From the sequence record SRR20825015_191: DNA of 64,000 nt; one strand, written 5' to 3'. A model generated the notes under the pieces. The model was not told the DNA's origin and ran no database searches. It worked only from the letters and a program-made list of their open reading frames with translations. Positions 49,498-59,670 of this stretch are shown piece after piece. A program made the position numbers and the translations under genes. Positions within the stretch are counted from its first letter, which is position 1, and each line of letters opens with the position of its first letter.

Positions 49498-50679
49498 TCA
49501 CGCGACCAGTTTGACGATCTTTTGGGCGGCGTCGGCCATGGTGTCCCCGGAGACGAGTTCGAGTCCGGAGGCAGCGAGGGTAGCTTTGCCGGCCTCGACG
49601 TTGTTGCCCTCGAGTCGAACGACGAGGGGGAGTTTGAGACCGACTTCCTTGACGGCATCGACGATGCCTTCGGCGATCACATTGCAATCCATGATGCCAC
49701 CGAAGATGTTGACGAAAATGCCCTGCACATTGGCGTCGCCGAGAATGATCTTAAACGCGGCCACGACTTTCTCTTTGGAAGCGCCACCACCGACATCGAG
49801 GAAGTTGGCCGGATTGCCCCCGTAGTGCTTAATGATGTCCATCGTGGACATGGCCAGGCCGGCTCCGTTGACGAGACAGGCGATGTTTCCGTCGAGCGCG
49901 ATGTAGGCGAGGTCGTATTTGGAGGCCTCGATTTCCTTGGGATCTTCTTCATTCAGATCACGCAGCTCGACGATCTCCGGATGACGGAAGAGAGCGTTAT
50001 CGTCGAAGGAGACTTTCGCGTCGAGTGCGAGCACGTCACCGTCGGGCGTGGTGATGAGGGGGTTGACCTCTACCATCGCGGCGTCCGTTTCCCAGAACAT
50101 CGTGTAGAGGTTACGGATCAGTTTGTAGGCGTTCTTGGCTTCGCCACCGGTGAGTTCGAGACCAAAAACGATTTCGCGGATCTGGAAGTCGGCGAGTCCA
50201 TAAGCGGGATCGACGAAGACCTTGGTGATCTTTTCTGGCGTTTCCTCGGCGACCTTTTCGATTTCCACGCCGCCTTCAGTCGAAGCGACGATGACAGGAT
50301 GAGAGGTGCCGCGATCAAGTAGGATGGCCAGATAGTATTCCTTTTTGATGTCGCTCGCGGCGGTGAAATAGACGGTCTGCACCTTGCGACCGGCGGGGCC
50401 GGTCTGGATCGTAACGAGCGTGTTATCGAGCATTTTGCCAGCGACTTCGAGGGCCTCGTCTTTGGTTGGGCAGAATTTTACTCCACCTTTATACCCATCG
50501 GTGAAGGTGCCTTTGCCGCGTCCACCGGCGTGGATTTGGGATTTAACCATTGTAGGGCCATCGGGAAGCGAGGCGAGCGCGGTAGCGAACTCGTCGGCTG
50601 ACTTAGCGGCGGCACCCTGTGGGGCGGGCACACCGAACTTGGCGAAAAGGGCTTTGGCCTGATACTCGTGTATATTCAT
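49498..50679 (-). CDS. sucC: Succinyl-CoA ligase beta subunit
   Basis: [36 protein letters not shown]. Confidence 0.98.
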   Translation of the reverse strand: MNIHEYQAKALFAKFGVPAPQGAAAKSADEFATALASLPDGPTMVKSQIHAGGRGKGTFTDGYKGGVKFCPTKDEALEVAGKMLDNTLVTIQTGPAGRKVQTVYFTAASDIKKEYYLAILLDRGTSHPVIVASTEGGVEIEKVAEETPEKITKVFVDPAYGLADFQIREIVFGLELTGGEAKNAYKLIRNLYTMFWETDAAMVEVNPLITTPDGDVLALDAKVSFDDNALFRHPEIVELRDLNEEDPKEIEASKYDLAYIALDGNIACLVNGAGLAMSTMDIIKHYGGNPANFLDVGGGASKEKVVAAFKIILGDANVQGIFVNIFGGIMDCNVIAEGIVDAVKEVGLKLPLVVRLEGNNVEAGKATLAASGLELVSGDTMADAAQKIVKLVA

Positions 50680-50803
50680 GGGGAAAGTGTCATTAAGCCA
50701 GAATCCTGGGGCAGAACGCACTCAAAAAAGGGAAATCAGTAAAAGTCGTTAGCTGAGGTGCGGTCCGGATTGCGTTTCGCTAATGGAATGCCAGCGTGCT
50801 GGG

Positions 50804-51265
50804 ATGGAATCGCATGAGGTTCTCCGAGACGTATTAAAGAAGACCAGCGCCAAGCAGATCGCCAGCGATCTGGGGCTTTCGCTGTCGCTTATCTACAAGT
50901 GGGCGGAGCCACCTGCCGAGGGCAGTGGGGCCAATAATCCATTGGATCGCGTGGAACAGCTGATCAAATCCACGGGCAACCCGCAATTGGCTCAATGGAT
51001 CTGTGAGCGCAGTGAAGGGTTCTTTATTCGCAATCCCGATTCGGTGCGTCACACCGGCCAACTCATTCCCCTGACCAACGACATTGTGCAGGATTTCGCC
51101 GATATGCTTGCGACGATTGCGACCTCGTCGGCGGATAATGTCATTACACAGCAGGAGGCGAAAACCATCCGCGACCGCTGGGAGAGTTTGAAGAGTGTGA
51201 CCGAGGGTTTTGTGCGCGCGGCCGAAAGCGGCAATTTCAAGGCAGTGGCTGAGACGGGGGATTAG
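50804..51265 (+). CDS. Phage CII-like regulatory protein (N-terminal HTH)
   Basis: KQIASDLGLSLSLIYKW, NPLDR, DNVIT..EA..IR pattern. Confidence 0.6.
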   Translation: MESHEVLRDVLKKTSAKQIASDLGLSLSLIYKWAEPPAEGSGANNPLDRVEQLIKSTGNPQLAQWICERSEGFFIRNPDSVRHTGQLIPLTNDIVQDFADMLATIATSSADNVITQQEAKTIRDRWESLKSVTEGFVRAAESGNFKAVAETGD

Positions 51266-51419
51266 GCCGAGGACTCAACCGCAGGGCCCTGCCTGGGTGT
51301 AGACGAACTTTGCTTCCGCAAGACGGGAGAAAGTTGTTTATCTGCCGACGCGATATTTGATGAGCCGCACTTTTGCCGATGCCTCAAGTGCAGCTACCTG
51401 ATTGGTTTAAACGCACTAT

Positions 51420-52172
51420 TCAGCTTTTCAGCAATTGCTGCGTGAGAAAAGCGGTTTGGAGTTTCGCTAACTCGGCCAAGCCGGGCTGGGCGATCTTGAT
51501 GAGGTTCTGCAACTGATCGTGAGAGAAGGTGGCCTCTTCACCGGAACCCTGCACTTCCACGAATTGCCCTTGTCCGGTCATGACGACGTTGAAATCGACA
51601 TCGGCGTCCTTGTCTTCGACGTAATCGAGATCGAGGAGTTCGCGGTTTTCGCACACCCCGACACTGACGGCGGCGACGGAATCGTGCAGCGGGTTTTCCG
51701 TGAGTTTATTCTCATCCATCAGTTTTTGCACCGCGAGTCTCGTCGCGAGATAGGCTCCGGTGATTGAAGCGGTGCGGGTGCCTCCGTCGGCCTGAATCAC
51801 ATCGCAATCAATCCAGAGCGTCTTTGCACCGAGCTTCTGCAAGTCGATGACGGCGCGGAGTGACCGGCCAATCAAGCGTTGGATCTCCACTGTGCGTCCG
51901 TCGAGCTTACCCCGGGAGATATCGCGGGATTTCCGATCCAGAGTGGAATAGGGCAGCATCGAGTATTCGGCCGTTAACCAGCCGCCTTTGACGCCTTGTT
52001 GGCGCATCCAACCGGGAACCTTTGGCTCGATCGTAGCCGCGCAGATCACGCGAGTGTCCCCGAAAGAGACGAGCACTGAACCGGTCGCGTGAGGTGCGAT
52101 GTCGGCTTGAAATGAAATCTCACGAAGTTGGTCGGGACGGCGACCATCGTGACGGAGTTTTGAATCGGACAT
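51420..52172 (-). CDS. rph: Ribonuclease PH
   Basis: TAEYSMLP, EIQRLIGRSLR, DGGTRTASITG, EVQGSGE. Confidence 0.97.
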   Translation of the reverse strand: MSDSKLRHDGRRPDQLREISFQADIAPHATGSVLVSFGDTRVICAATIEPKVPGWMRQQGVKGGWLTAEYSMLPYSTLDRKSRDISRGKLDGRTVEIQRLIGRSLRAVIDLQKLGAKTLWIDCDVIQADGGTRTASITGAYLATRLAVQKLMDENKLTENPLHDSVAAVSVGVCENRELLDLDYVEDKDADVDFNVVMTGQGQFVEVQGSGEEATFSHDQLQNLIKIAQPGLAELAKLQTAFLTQQLLKS

Positions 52173-52175
52173 GAA

Positions 52176-53183
52176 TCAGAGGGTGGAACGTCTCTCTTCA
52201 ATGTCGAAAGGTTTGATTTCCCGAGGCTGGTTTTTCTGAGACTGCTTGGTCATGTGCGCAATGAGCTGATCATTGAAATCCTTGGCCGGATCGTGACCAA
52301 TTTTTTTGAGTGCTTGGGTCAGGGAGGCGACTTCGACGAGCCGGGCCACATCGCGTCCGGGACGCACATAGAGTTCAATATGGGGAACGTTTTTCCCGAG
52401 GATTTCGTAATAATTTTCCTCGAGGCCGGTTCGCTCTTCCACGACTTCGGGAGTCCATTCCTGGAGCGAGACGACCAGATCGATGCGTTTTTCGAGCCGG
52501 ACGGAACGCACTCCAAACATCTCGGCAATGTTGATAATCCCGATGCCGCGGCACTCCATCCACCCCCGATTGAGCTGGCGGCTCGTGGCCATCAACTCGC
52601 GTTCGTCGAGCAGCTTGATGACCGTGAGGTCATCGGCCACCAGCGAGTGTCCCCGTTCGATCAAAGCCAGCGCGCATTCGCTTTTGCCGACACCGCTCGA
52701 ACCGCGCAGGAGCACCCCAATGCCTTTGATATCGAGGGTGGTCGCATGCACCGTGGTTGAAGGAGCGAATTCGTTGTCGATGCACAACGTGGCAAGATTC
52801 ACGAAATTCATCGTGATCATCGGGGTGCGGAAAACGGGCAGACGCATTTCCTCGGCAACTTTGATCAACGCTGGGGTGGCGTGGTAGTTACGGGTGAGCA
52901 TCAGACAGGGAATTTGTCGGCGCACCATCTGCTGAAAAATTTTCACCTGTTGCTCTTCGGGCAGCGACTTGAGATAAGTCATCTCCGCGGCGCCGAGCAC
53001 TTGGATTCGTTTGTTGGCGAAGTATTTGAAAAAACCTGTCAGAGCCAGGGCAGGGCGGTTGATCGAACCTTCCTTGATTAGCCGATGCATGCCCTCGGAG
53101 CCGATCAGGAGCTCCATCTTGAGTTTGTCACCGTAGATTTCGTGGAAATGGGAGACCGTAATTCCGGGGAGTGACTTGGGCAT
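52176..53183 (-). CDS. hprK: HPr(Ser) kinase/phosphorylase
   Basis: GSSGVGKSE, LVADD, ECRGIGII, VRPGRD. Confidence 0.96.
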   Translation of the reverse strand: MPKSLPGITVSHFHEIYGDKLKMELLIGSEGMHRLIKEGSINRPALALTGFFKYFANKRIQVLGAAEMTYLKSLPEEQQVKIFQQMVRRQIPCLMLTRNYHATPALIKVAEEMRLPVFRTPMITMNFVNLATLCIDNEFAPSTTVHATTLDIKGIGVLLRGSSGVGKSECALALIERGHSLVADDLTVIKLLDERELMATSRQLNRGWMECRGIGIINIAEMFGVRSVRLEKRIDLVVSLQEWTPEVVEERTGLEENYYEILGKNVPHIELYVRPGRDVARLVEVASLTQALKKIGHDPAKDFNDQLIAHMTKQSQKNQPREIKPFDIEERRSTL

Positions 53184-53188
53184 GAGTT

Positions 53189-53929
53189 TTAGAGATTAAA
53201 ATTGTCGCCGAGGTAAAATTCGCGGGCCTGCGGATCGTTAATGAGGAAATCGCCGGAGCCTTCGGTGAGGATCTTGCCGTCGTGAAGGAGGTAGGCGCGA
53301 TCCACGATCCGAAGTGTTTCCCGCACGTTGTGATCCGTCACCACCACGCCGATCCCGCTGTTCTTGAGCTGGATGATAATTTTCTGCACTTCGGCGACCG
53401 AGATGGGATCGATCGCGGCAAAGGGTTCATCCATCAGCAGAAACTTAGGTTTTGTCACGAGCGCACGGGCGATTTCCAAACGGCGTCTTTCTCCTCCGGA
53501 AAGCGTGAACGCTTTTTGTTTGGCCACGTGTCCGAGGCTGAGCTCCTCCAAGTGATGTTTTACGAGCGCTGAACGTTCACCGCGTGGCACGCCAATCGCT
53601 TCAGCGATGGCGAGAATGTTCTGCTCCACGGTGAGTTTACGAAACACCGAAGCTTCCTGAGGCAGGTAACCAATGCCATGGCGGGCGCGGTCGTGCATCC
53701 GCAGTTTCGTCATATCCTTCCCATCGAGGCTGACCGTGCCCTTGGTGGGTGGCACGAGGCCAACGATCATGTAAAACGTGGTGGTCTTACCCGCGCCATT
53801 GGGCCCGAGCAGGCCGACGACCTCGCCGGCGTTAAAGTGGACATCGACCCCATTGACCACGTTGCGCTCGCCAAATGATTTGATGAGTCCTTCAGTGCGG
53901 ATTTCGGATTGTGCGACAGCGGTGGTCAT
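53189..53929 (-). CDS. lptB: LPS export ABC transporter ATP-binding protein
   Basis: GPNGAGKTT, YLPQEASVF, LSGGERRR, DEPFA, TDHNVRETL. Confidence 0.96.
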   Translation of the reverse strand: MTTAVAQSEIRTEGLIKSFGERNVVNGVDVHFNAGEVVGLLGPNGAGKTTTFYMIVGLVPPTKGTVSLDGKDMTKLRMHDRARHGIGYLPQEASVFRKLTVEQNILAIAEAIGVPRGERSALVKHHLEELSLGHVAKQKAFTLSGGERRRLEIARALVTKPKFLLMDEPFAAIDPISVAEVQKIIIQLKNSGIGVVVTDHNVRETLRIVDRAYLLHDGKILTEGSGDFLINDPQAREFYLGDNFNL

Positions 53930-53935
53930 GGGAAA

Positions 53936-54493
53936 TCAGGGGTTGGTGGTTCCGGCAGAATCCGATTTTTCCTCGTCGAAACCGAGATCCTTGATCGCAG
54001 GAAGCGTGATCTGGGTGCGTCGTTCTTCGGTGCCCTGCACGACCGCGCGACGTTGTCCGCGATAGAGCAGAATCTCAGGTCCGGTGATCACGTATTGATC
54101 GTCGATGCTCCGCACCACGGGGTTCTCGCTGAGGACGATACGATCTTCGTTTGGAAAGACTTCGGCGCGACCACAGGTGGCCTCGCGGTCGCCCTGGATG
54201 ATTCGCACGCGACCGGTGGCGACGAGCGATTTGAAATAGCCGTATTGGCCGAGCGTGGCCGTGGGATCGCCTTTGCGGATGGCCACGATCCGAAGATCGT
54301 CGCAGTAAAGTTTCAGGTTGTTTCCGGTCACCACGACCTGATTGGTGAAGGTCGCGATGGTTTCCGTGTCGGTGCTGATTGTCTCAGCGGCACCCGCGCA
54401 TTCAATGATTGTCGGTGGTGGCTCATCGGCGGCCCGGAGAGGAGCGACGAAAAGCAGAAGGGCGGTGAGGGGAAAGAATGGGAATCGGCTCAT
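53936..54493 (-). CDS. lptA: LptA/OstA family LPS transport periplasmic protein
   Basis: Signal peptide, beta-jellyroll-like ATG.V.I.Q, position upstream of lptB. Confidence 0.8.
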   Translation of the reverse strand: MSRFPFFPLTALLLFVAPLRAADEPPPTIIECAGAAETISTDTETIATFTNQVVVTGNNLKLYCDDLRIVAIRKGDPTATLGQYGYFKSLVATGRVRIIQGDREATCGRAEVFPNEDRIVLSENPVVRSIDDQYVITGPEILLYRGQRRAVVQGTEERRTQITLPAIKDLGFDEEKSDSAGTTNP

Positions 54494-54918
54494 TTGAGGA
54501 TATCGGGGAGCTGGGCGCGGAAAACTACCCTCGCTTGGGAGTGGATGGAAACTTTTTTCTGACGGTGATCATAGGTCCAACCCCGGCCCGTAATTTCCAG
54601 ATCATCGCGGATGATTCGCACCGAAGCGGCTCCTTTGACGAGACCTTCTTCCGGTTGGACTGAAGCGAGCGGACTGAGAATGACGGTGTCCACGGCATTG
54701 CGTTCATCGCCGGAAAACAGCGTGAGGTTGAGATCCACCAGTTGAACGTGGACTGCGCCGACAATGGCTTCTGATCCAAGGAGCATCATGGAACGATGGC
54801 CGTCCTTGGTAAAGGTGGGCAGGCGGAATTGAGAGACCGGTGCCATCGCGGTTGGCGAGGGTTCAGCTCGCAGTGCCGAACCGCCCAATATGAAGATGAT
54901 AATCAGGAAAACTCTCAC
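54490..54918 (-). CDS. lptC: LptC-like protein
   Basis: N-terminal hydrophobic anchor, ITGRGW motif, kdsC-lptC-lptA-lptB synteny. Confidence 0.7.
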   Translation of the reverse strand: MRVFLIIIFILGGSALRAEPSPTAMAPVSQFRLPTFTKDGHRSMMLLGSEAIVGAVHVQLVDLNLTLFSGDERNAVDTVILSPLASVQPEEGLVKGAASVRIIRDDLEITGRGWTYDHRQKKVSIHSQARVVFRAQLPDILK

Positions 54919-55445
54919 GATTCCGAAGTGGGACTGCGATGGGACAGGATATGTTCACATATTTCCCGCACGGCCCCTCGTCCGGCGGCGCGAGTGGTCA
55001 CGATGTCTGCCGCCGCGATAGCGGAGGGCATTGCATCGGGAACACTCACCCCGATACCGGCCCAGGCGATGGCCTCGGCATCAATATCATCGTCGCCCAT
55101 ATAAACGCATTGTTCGGCTTGGAGGTTGAGGCGGCCGGCGAGTTCCCGGAGGGCCGTGATCTTATCGGTGCGGCCTTGAATCAAATGCGGGACTTTCAAC
55201 TCGGTCGCGCGTCGCGTGCTGGCTTCGGAGGGACGTCCGCTAATCCAAGCTACCGCGACATCCGCTATGTTGAGGCGAACGATTCCCATGCCATCGAGAA
55301 TGGAGAACACTTTGCTCTCCGTGCCGTCTGAGGAAATCCGCACCGTGCCATCCGTAAGAATCCCATCCACATCCATCGCGAAGAGGCGAATGCGAGACCA
55401 CGATGCCTTTTCGATTTTGGGTTTTTGATTTTGGATTTCAGGCAT
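54915..55445 (-). CDS. kdsC: KDO 8-phosphate phosphatase (HAD)
   Basis: MDVDGILTDG, F...DG.G, YMGDD.ID, GRGAVRE. Confidence 0.92.
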   Translation of the reverse strand: MPEIQNQKPKIEKASWSRIRLFAMDVDGILTDGTVRISSDGTESKVFSILDGMGIVRLNIADVAVAWISGRPSEASTRRATELKVPHLIQGRTDKITALRELAGRLNLQAEQCVYMGDDDIDAEAIAWAGIGVSVPDAMPSAIAAADIVTTRAAGRGAVREICEHILSHRSPTSES

Positions 55446-55526
55446 GTCGGTAAAAATTGAACTTTGCGTTCAGATAGGGGTTCGTGGTTTGGAAAATTGA
55501 AAATCCGAATTCAAAAATCAAAAATC
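55408..55526. repeat. Inverted heptamer repeats (TTTTGGA/AAAAATC type)
   Basis: TTTTCGA TTTTGGG TTTTTGA TTTTGGA ... AAATCCG AATTCAA AAATCAA AAATC. Confidence 0.75.
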
Positions 55527-55529
55527 ATG

Positions 55530-57560
55530 TCATCCCATCCAAGTGATGAGTTTTTCGATCACGGCGTTCGTGTTGGGACGGAAGGCCTTTTCGAGTTCGG
55601 GAGCGAAGGGCACCGGCATATCGAGTGAACCGATCCGGAGGGGCGCGGCCTTGAGTTGGGCGAAGTTCTCTTCGGTGAGTTGAGCGACGATTTCGGCGCC
55701 GAAACCGTGCGTGCGGCGACCTTCATGTAAGACGACCAGACGGCCGGTGCGACGAAGTGATTCGGTGATCGCGTCGAGCTTCATCGGAGCGAGCCCGCGC
55801 AGATCGAAAAGATCGAAGGTGGTTTCGTATTCCTCGGCGAGATAATCGCAGGCTTCGCTCGCGAGGTGCACCATTTCGCCATAAGTCACGAAAGTCGCGA
55901 AGTCGCCGTCGCGGAGTTTTTGGGGATTCCAAACGTCACGGAAATCGGGATTCCAGACCACAGGTTGTTTACTGCGGCGATAGAGTGCCTTGTGCTCAAA
56001 GAGGAGCACGGGATTGTTGTCCTCGTAGGCGGCGAGGAGGGCATCGAATCCATCCTGTGGCGTGCTTGGATAAATGGCTTTGAGGCCGGGCATCGAGAGG
56101 AAAAAGGATTCGAGTTCCTGGGAATGAAACGAACCGAAGGTCAGGCCTCCGCCGCAGGGGAATCGAAGCACCAGTGGGCAGGGCGAGCCGGAACGAAAAT
56201 GCATCGTCGCGGCATTCAGCGTGATCTGCGTGACAGCCTCGGTGGAAAAATCAGCGAACTGGAATTCCTCGATGGGGCGGTGACCGTTGACGGCCATGCC
56301 GATCGCGTAGCCGGTGCAGGCGCTTTCCGCGAGAGGGGTGTTGAAGACGCGGGCGCGACCGTATTTCTCAAGGAGGTCTTCGGTGACTTTAAATGCGCCG
56401 CCGTAAGTGCCGATATCCTGTCCGAGGATGAGAGATTCACCGCGTTCGGTGAGGATCTTATCGAGCCCGGCATTGATGGCCTGAGCGAGGTTCAGGTTTT
56501 GGGGGGAAGCCGGCTCGGGTTGCCAATCGATGGTGTGCTCCGGTGCGTAAACTTCATCGAGCATCTTGCCCGGAGTGGGGTCACCCACCGCCATGCTGAC
56601 TTTGACGCATTGGTCGAGATACCCACTGATCTCGGCATCAATTTGGTCGAGACGGGAACCAAAACCGGCGGTGGCCAGCTGAGCTCGGAGTTTCGGCAAC
56701 GGATCACGTGCGAGAAAACCTTCGGTTTCACCGGGTTTCAGATAATCGGCGGTATCGTATGCGGCGTGTCCGCGCAGCCGGAGCGTTTGAACTTCAATCA
56801 GGATCGGACGCGAGGTGCTCCGTGCCTGATCGATCGCTTTCGCAAATCCCTTGGCGCAGGATTCAACATCGGTGCCATCAAGCGCGATACCTTCGATGCC
56901 GTAACCCGCGGCGCGCTTCCACAGTTGGGTCTCAGGCGCGAACTGCTCGCTGATCGGCGTCGAATACGCGTAGCCATTGTTTTCGATGATGAAAATAACC
57001 GGGAGGGAGAGGAGCGACGCGAGGTTGAGCGATTCGTGCACATCGCCGGTGCTGGAGGAGCCATCGCCGAAAAATGTGAATCCGACGGCGTTGTGTCCGT
57101 TGCGACGTTGCGAATCGACCGCGCCAGTCACGCCACTGAGCATCGCTCCGAGATGGCTGATCATGGGCAGGGAACGGTGCGCCGGATCGCCGTGATGGAT
57201 ATTACCCTCTCGCGCCTTGGTTGGACTATCGGCGTTGGCAAAATATTGATTGAGATGATCGCACAGATGACCGCTCCAGATCAGATGTCCCCCGAGATCG
57301 CGATGAGAGAAGGAAACCACGTCATTGGTTTTGTCGGCGAGGAGCGCGAGGGGCACGATGAGGCCTTCATTGCCCTGACCGCCTGTCACCGTGCCCTTAA
57401 TCAGTCCTTGGCGGTAAAGATCGAGGATGCGGTTGTCAGTGGCTCGCGAAAGTTGCATCCACGTGTAGATGCGGAGCAGTGCTTCGTCGCGATTGGTGGA
57501 CAGGTCTTCGGATTTTAAAGTGCGCTCAGTGAGAAACGCAGGTGGGTTGGGAAAAGCCAT
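55530..57560 (-). CDS. Fused alpha/beta E1 component of a 2-oxoacid dehydrogenase (branched-chain/pyruvate type)
   Basis: TPP motif GDG...NN, RGHA; beta part GQDIG.YGGAF, NTPLAE, EFQFADF, HSQ, FEHK. Confidence 0.92.
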   Translation of the reverse strand: MAFPNPPAFLTERTLKSEDLSTNRDEALLRIYTWMQLSRATDNRILDLYRQGLIKGTVTGGQGNEGLIVPLALLADKTNDVVSFSHRDLGGHLIWSGHLCDHLNQYFANADSPTKAREGNIHHGDPAHRSLPMISHLGAMLSGVTGAVDSQRRNGHNAVGFTFFGDGSSSTGDVHESLNLASLLSLPVIFIIENNGYAYSTPISEQFAPETQLWKRAAGYGIEGIALDGTDVESCAKGFAKAIDQARSTSRPILIEVQTLRLRGHAAYDTADYLKPGETEGFLARDPLPKLRAQLATAGFGSRLDQIDAEISGYLDQCVKVSMAVGDPTPGKMLDEVYAPEHTIDWQPEPASPQNLNLAQAINAGLDKILTERGESLILGQDIGTYGGAFKVTEDLLEKYGRARVFNTPLAESACTGYAIGMAVNGHRPIEEFQFADFSTEAVTQITLNAATMHFRSGSPCPLVLRFPCGGGLTFGSFHSQELESFFLSMPGLKAIYPSTPQDGFDALLAAYEDNNPVLLFEHKALYRRSKQPVVWNPDFRDVWNPQKLRDGDFATFVTYGEMVHLASEACDYLAEEYETTFDLFDLRGLAPMKLDAITESLRRTGRLVVLHEGRRTHGFGAEIVAQLTEENFAQLKAAPLRIGSLDMPVPFAPELEKAFRPNTNAVIEKLITWMG

Positions 57561-57665
57561 GAGTTGCTACCCACGGTGAAGCGTGCTCCCGCCACGCGCA
57601 AGAACGGGATTATCCTATAAGATGAGGTCTCGGGTTGGGGAATGCCAGATTCAGGATGAGGCTGC

Positions 57666-58667
57666 TTAATCGCCTAGTTTGATTTTGGCCAAGCGGATCT
57701 CGGTAGGCACAAGATAACGACCTCCTTCGGTCGCCTCGTCAGCACTGCTGTAGTAGCTGACCCAAAGTATTCCATCCTGATAAACGATTCCGGGATAACT
57801 GGAATCGCCGCGCGCTGGTAGATCGATTAGGAGGCTGGTGTTGCCGGTATCCGGATCGATCTCGAACAGTTTCATGGTGCCCCAGTCCGCTTGGCGTCCG
57901 CCAATGATGAAACGCCCGTCAGGCAGGCGGGCCAATTTCGGGCCGCCAAAATCGAGAGTCGGTTGCCAGGTCCAATCCGTGTAGGGGGCGTGCGCTTGTC
58001 CGATCGCCTGACCCGCCCGCATGAAACATACGGCCGTGCCATCGGGCTTGAATGCAATGGAGGATTCGTTGCCCGGATAAAAATCGCTGACCAGCACATC
58101 CCATTGGCGGCCGTCTTTGCTTTGGTATAACCGGGTATTCGCTTTCTCGGTGGTCGGGTAACCGATGCCATAGGCGATCCCCTCGTGCCAGGTGACACTC
58201 CAGATCCAGATGTCCGATTCTCCAATCGCCACCGGCTCGCTCCAGTTTTGTCCGTCACGGGTAAACCAAGCGTAGTTCTGGTGAAGATCGGGATCCGGAT
58301 GATACACTTGGATCGCGGAATTGAGCATGAGTTCTCCCTGCGAGGTGATCGATAGCTTGGCATCGCGCAAGTCGCCGCTCGGTATCACAAAATGGCCGGC
58401 ACTCTCCCAATATTTACCATCGACCGAACTGATTACCCTCAAGGCACCCCGGCCTTCGAGGCCGCCATGATGTTTGAGGGCTTCGCGAAACCCCAGATAC
58501 CAACGGTCCTGGAAACGGATCAGATCGGTGAATGCATTGTGGGGTTGTCCGCTGTCGGCATTGGTCCAAATCGTCTCGAGGGAAACGAGCTGGACATCGG
58601 AGGTGTCAGATGGGGTTGCCATGAGGGTCGTGCCAATGATCAGCCCGATGAAGAGTGCTCTTCGCAT
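57666..58667 (-). CDS. Secreted BNR/sialidase-like beta-propeller protein
   Basis: HNAFTDL, S.DG..W Asp-boxes, DLRD.KL, GDSSYPG, WVSYYSS. Confidence 0.75.
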   Translation of the reverse strand: MRRALFIGLIIGTTLMATPSDTSDVQLVSLETIWTNADSGQPHNAFTDLIRFQDRWYLGFREALKHHGGLEGRGALRVISSVDGKYWESAGHFVIPSGDLRDAKLSITSQGELMLNSAIQVYHPDPDLHQNYAWFTRDGQNWSEPVAIGESDIWIWSVTWHEGIAYGIGYPTTEKANTRLYQSKDGRQWDVLVSDFYPGNESSIAFKPDGTAVCFMRAGQAIGQAHAPYTDWTWQPTLDFGGPKLARLPDGRFIIGGRQADWGTMKLFEIDPDTGNTSLLIDLPARGDSSYPGIVYQDGILWVSYYSSADEATEGGRYLVPTEIRLAKIKLGD

Positions 58668-58714
58668 GGAGAATGAAATCACGAAATTCCCTGAATCTCA
58701 CGATGCGCTGCCGG

Positions 58715-59158
58715 CTACGCCATGCTATCGAGTTTTTTAATGCGCGCGACGTGCCGATCACCTTCGAACTCGGTCGCGAGCCAGACGCGCACGATGTGAA
58801 GCGCCTCTTCTTCGGAAATGGTGCGTTCACCAAGGGAGAGGCAATTGGCGTCGTTGTGGGAACGGTTCCAGATGGCGACCTGTTCGTTCCAGCAGACGCC
58901 ACAGCGCACACCTTTCACACGATTAGCGGCCATCGCCTCACCATTACCAGAACCGCCGAGGACGATCCCGCGCTCCACTTCACCGGCGGCGACAGCGCGG
59001 GCAACCGGGAAACAGAAATCAGGGTAATCGCAGCGTTCCGTCGAATCCGTTCCCAAGTCGCGCACTGTGTGTCCTTCGGCGAGCAACATGGTCTTGATGG
59101 CCTCCTTATAGTTGTAGCCGGCATGGTCGGAGCCGATGGCAATGGAATAGGTTTTCAT
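58715..59158 (-). CDS. rpiB: Ribose-5-phosphate isomerase B
   Basis: GSDHAG, DYPD, GSGNGE, RSHNDAN, FEGDRH..RI. Confidence 0.95.
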   Translation of the reverse strand: MKTYSIAIGSDHAGYNYKEAIKTMLLAEGHTVRDLGTDSTERCDYPDFCFPVARAVAAGEVERGIVLGGSGNGEAMAANRVKGVRCGVCWNEQVAIWNRSHNDANCLSLGERTISEEEALHIVRVWLATEFEGDRHVARIKKLDSMA

Positions 59159-59231
59159 GAAGTAAAGTGAACGGATCAGAGTTTGCAGTGTCAGTATGAT
59201 GGGGCCAGATTAAAGGCATCCCAATCCCATT

Positions 59232-59654
59232 ATGAAAATATTGCTCTCCATTCTTTCACTCGGGTTAGCCATGGCGATCAGCGGGTGTGCCACGGCTGAA
59301 TCCCGGATCAGTAAAAACCAAGCCGCCTTCGATTCATGGCCCCGTGAGGTGCAATCCTCGATCCGGGCGGGCAAAGTAAAAATCGGCTTTACGTCCGACC
59401 AAGTCCGCGTGGCCCTGGGAGAACCCAATCGGGTGTATACCCGGCAATCAGCCGAAGGAGAATCAGAGGTCTGGGCTTATTATGAACCCGGTCCGAAATT
59501 TTCAGTCGGAGTGGGAGTGGGCTCCGGCGGCTACGGCAGCAGTGTGGGAGGCGGAGTGCGCTACAGCGAAGGCGCCGACCATCGCGATGAAGCCATGCGC
59601 GTGGTGTTCACCGACGGCTTGGTCGTCTCGATCGAATCACGGACCGATAAGTGA
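59232..59654 (+). CDS. Lipoprotein (BamE/SmpA-like fold possible)
   Basis: Lipobox ISGC; G.T.DQV..ALGEP..., W.Y, V.F.DG.V. Confidence 0.7.
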   Translation: MKILLSILSLGLAMAISGCATAESRISKNQAAFDSWPREVQSSIRAGKVKIGFTSDQVRVALGEPNRVYTRQSAEGESEVWAYYEPGPKFSVGVGVGSGGYGSSVGGGVRYSEGADHRDEAMRVVFTDGLVVSIESRTDK

Positions 59655-59670
59655 TCCGCGCGCTAGCCAA

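Noticed and set aside
55866-57518. 550-aa plus-strand ORF
   Set aside because: Antisense shadow of the E1 dehydrogenase gene.
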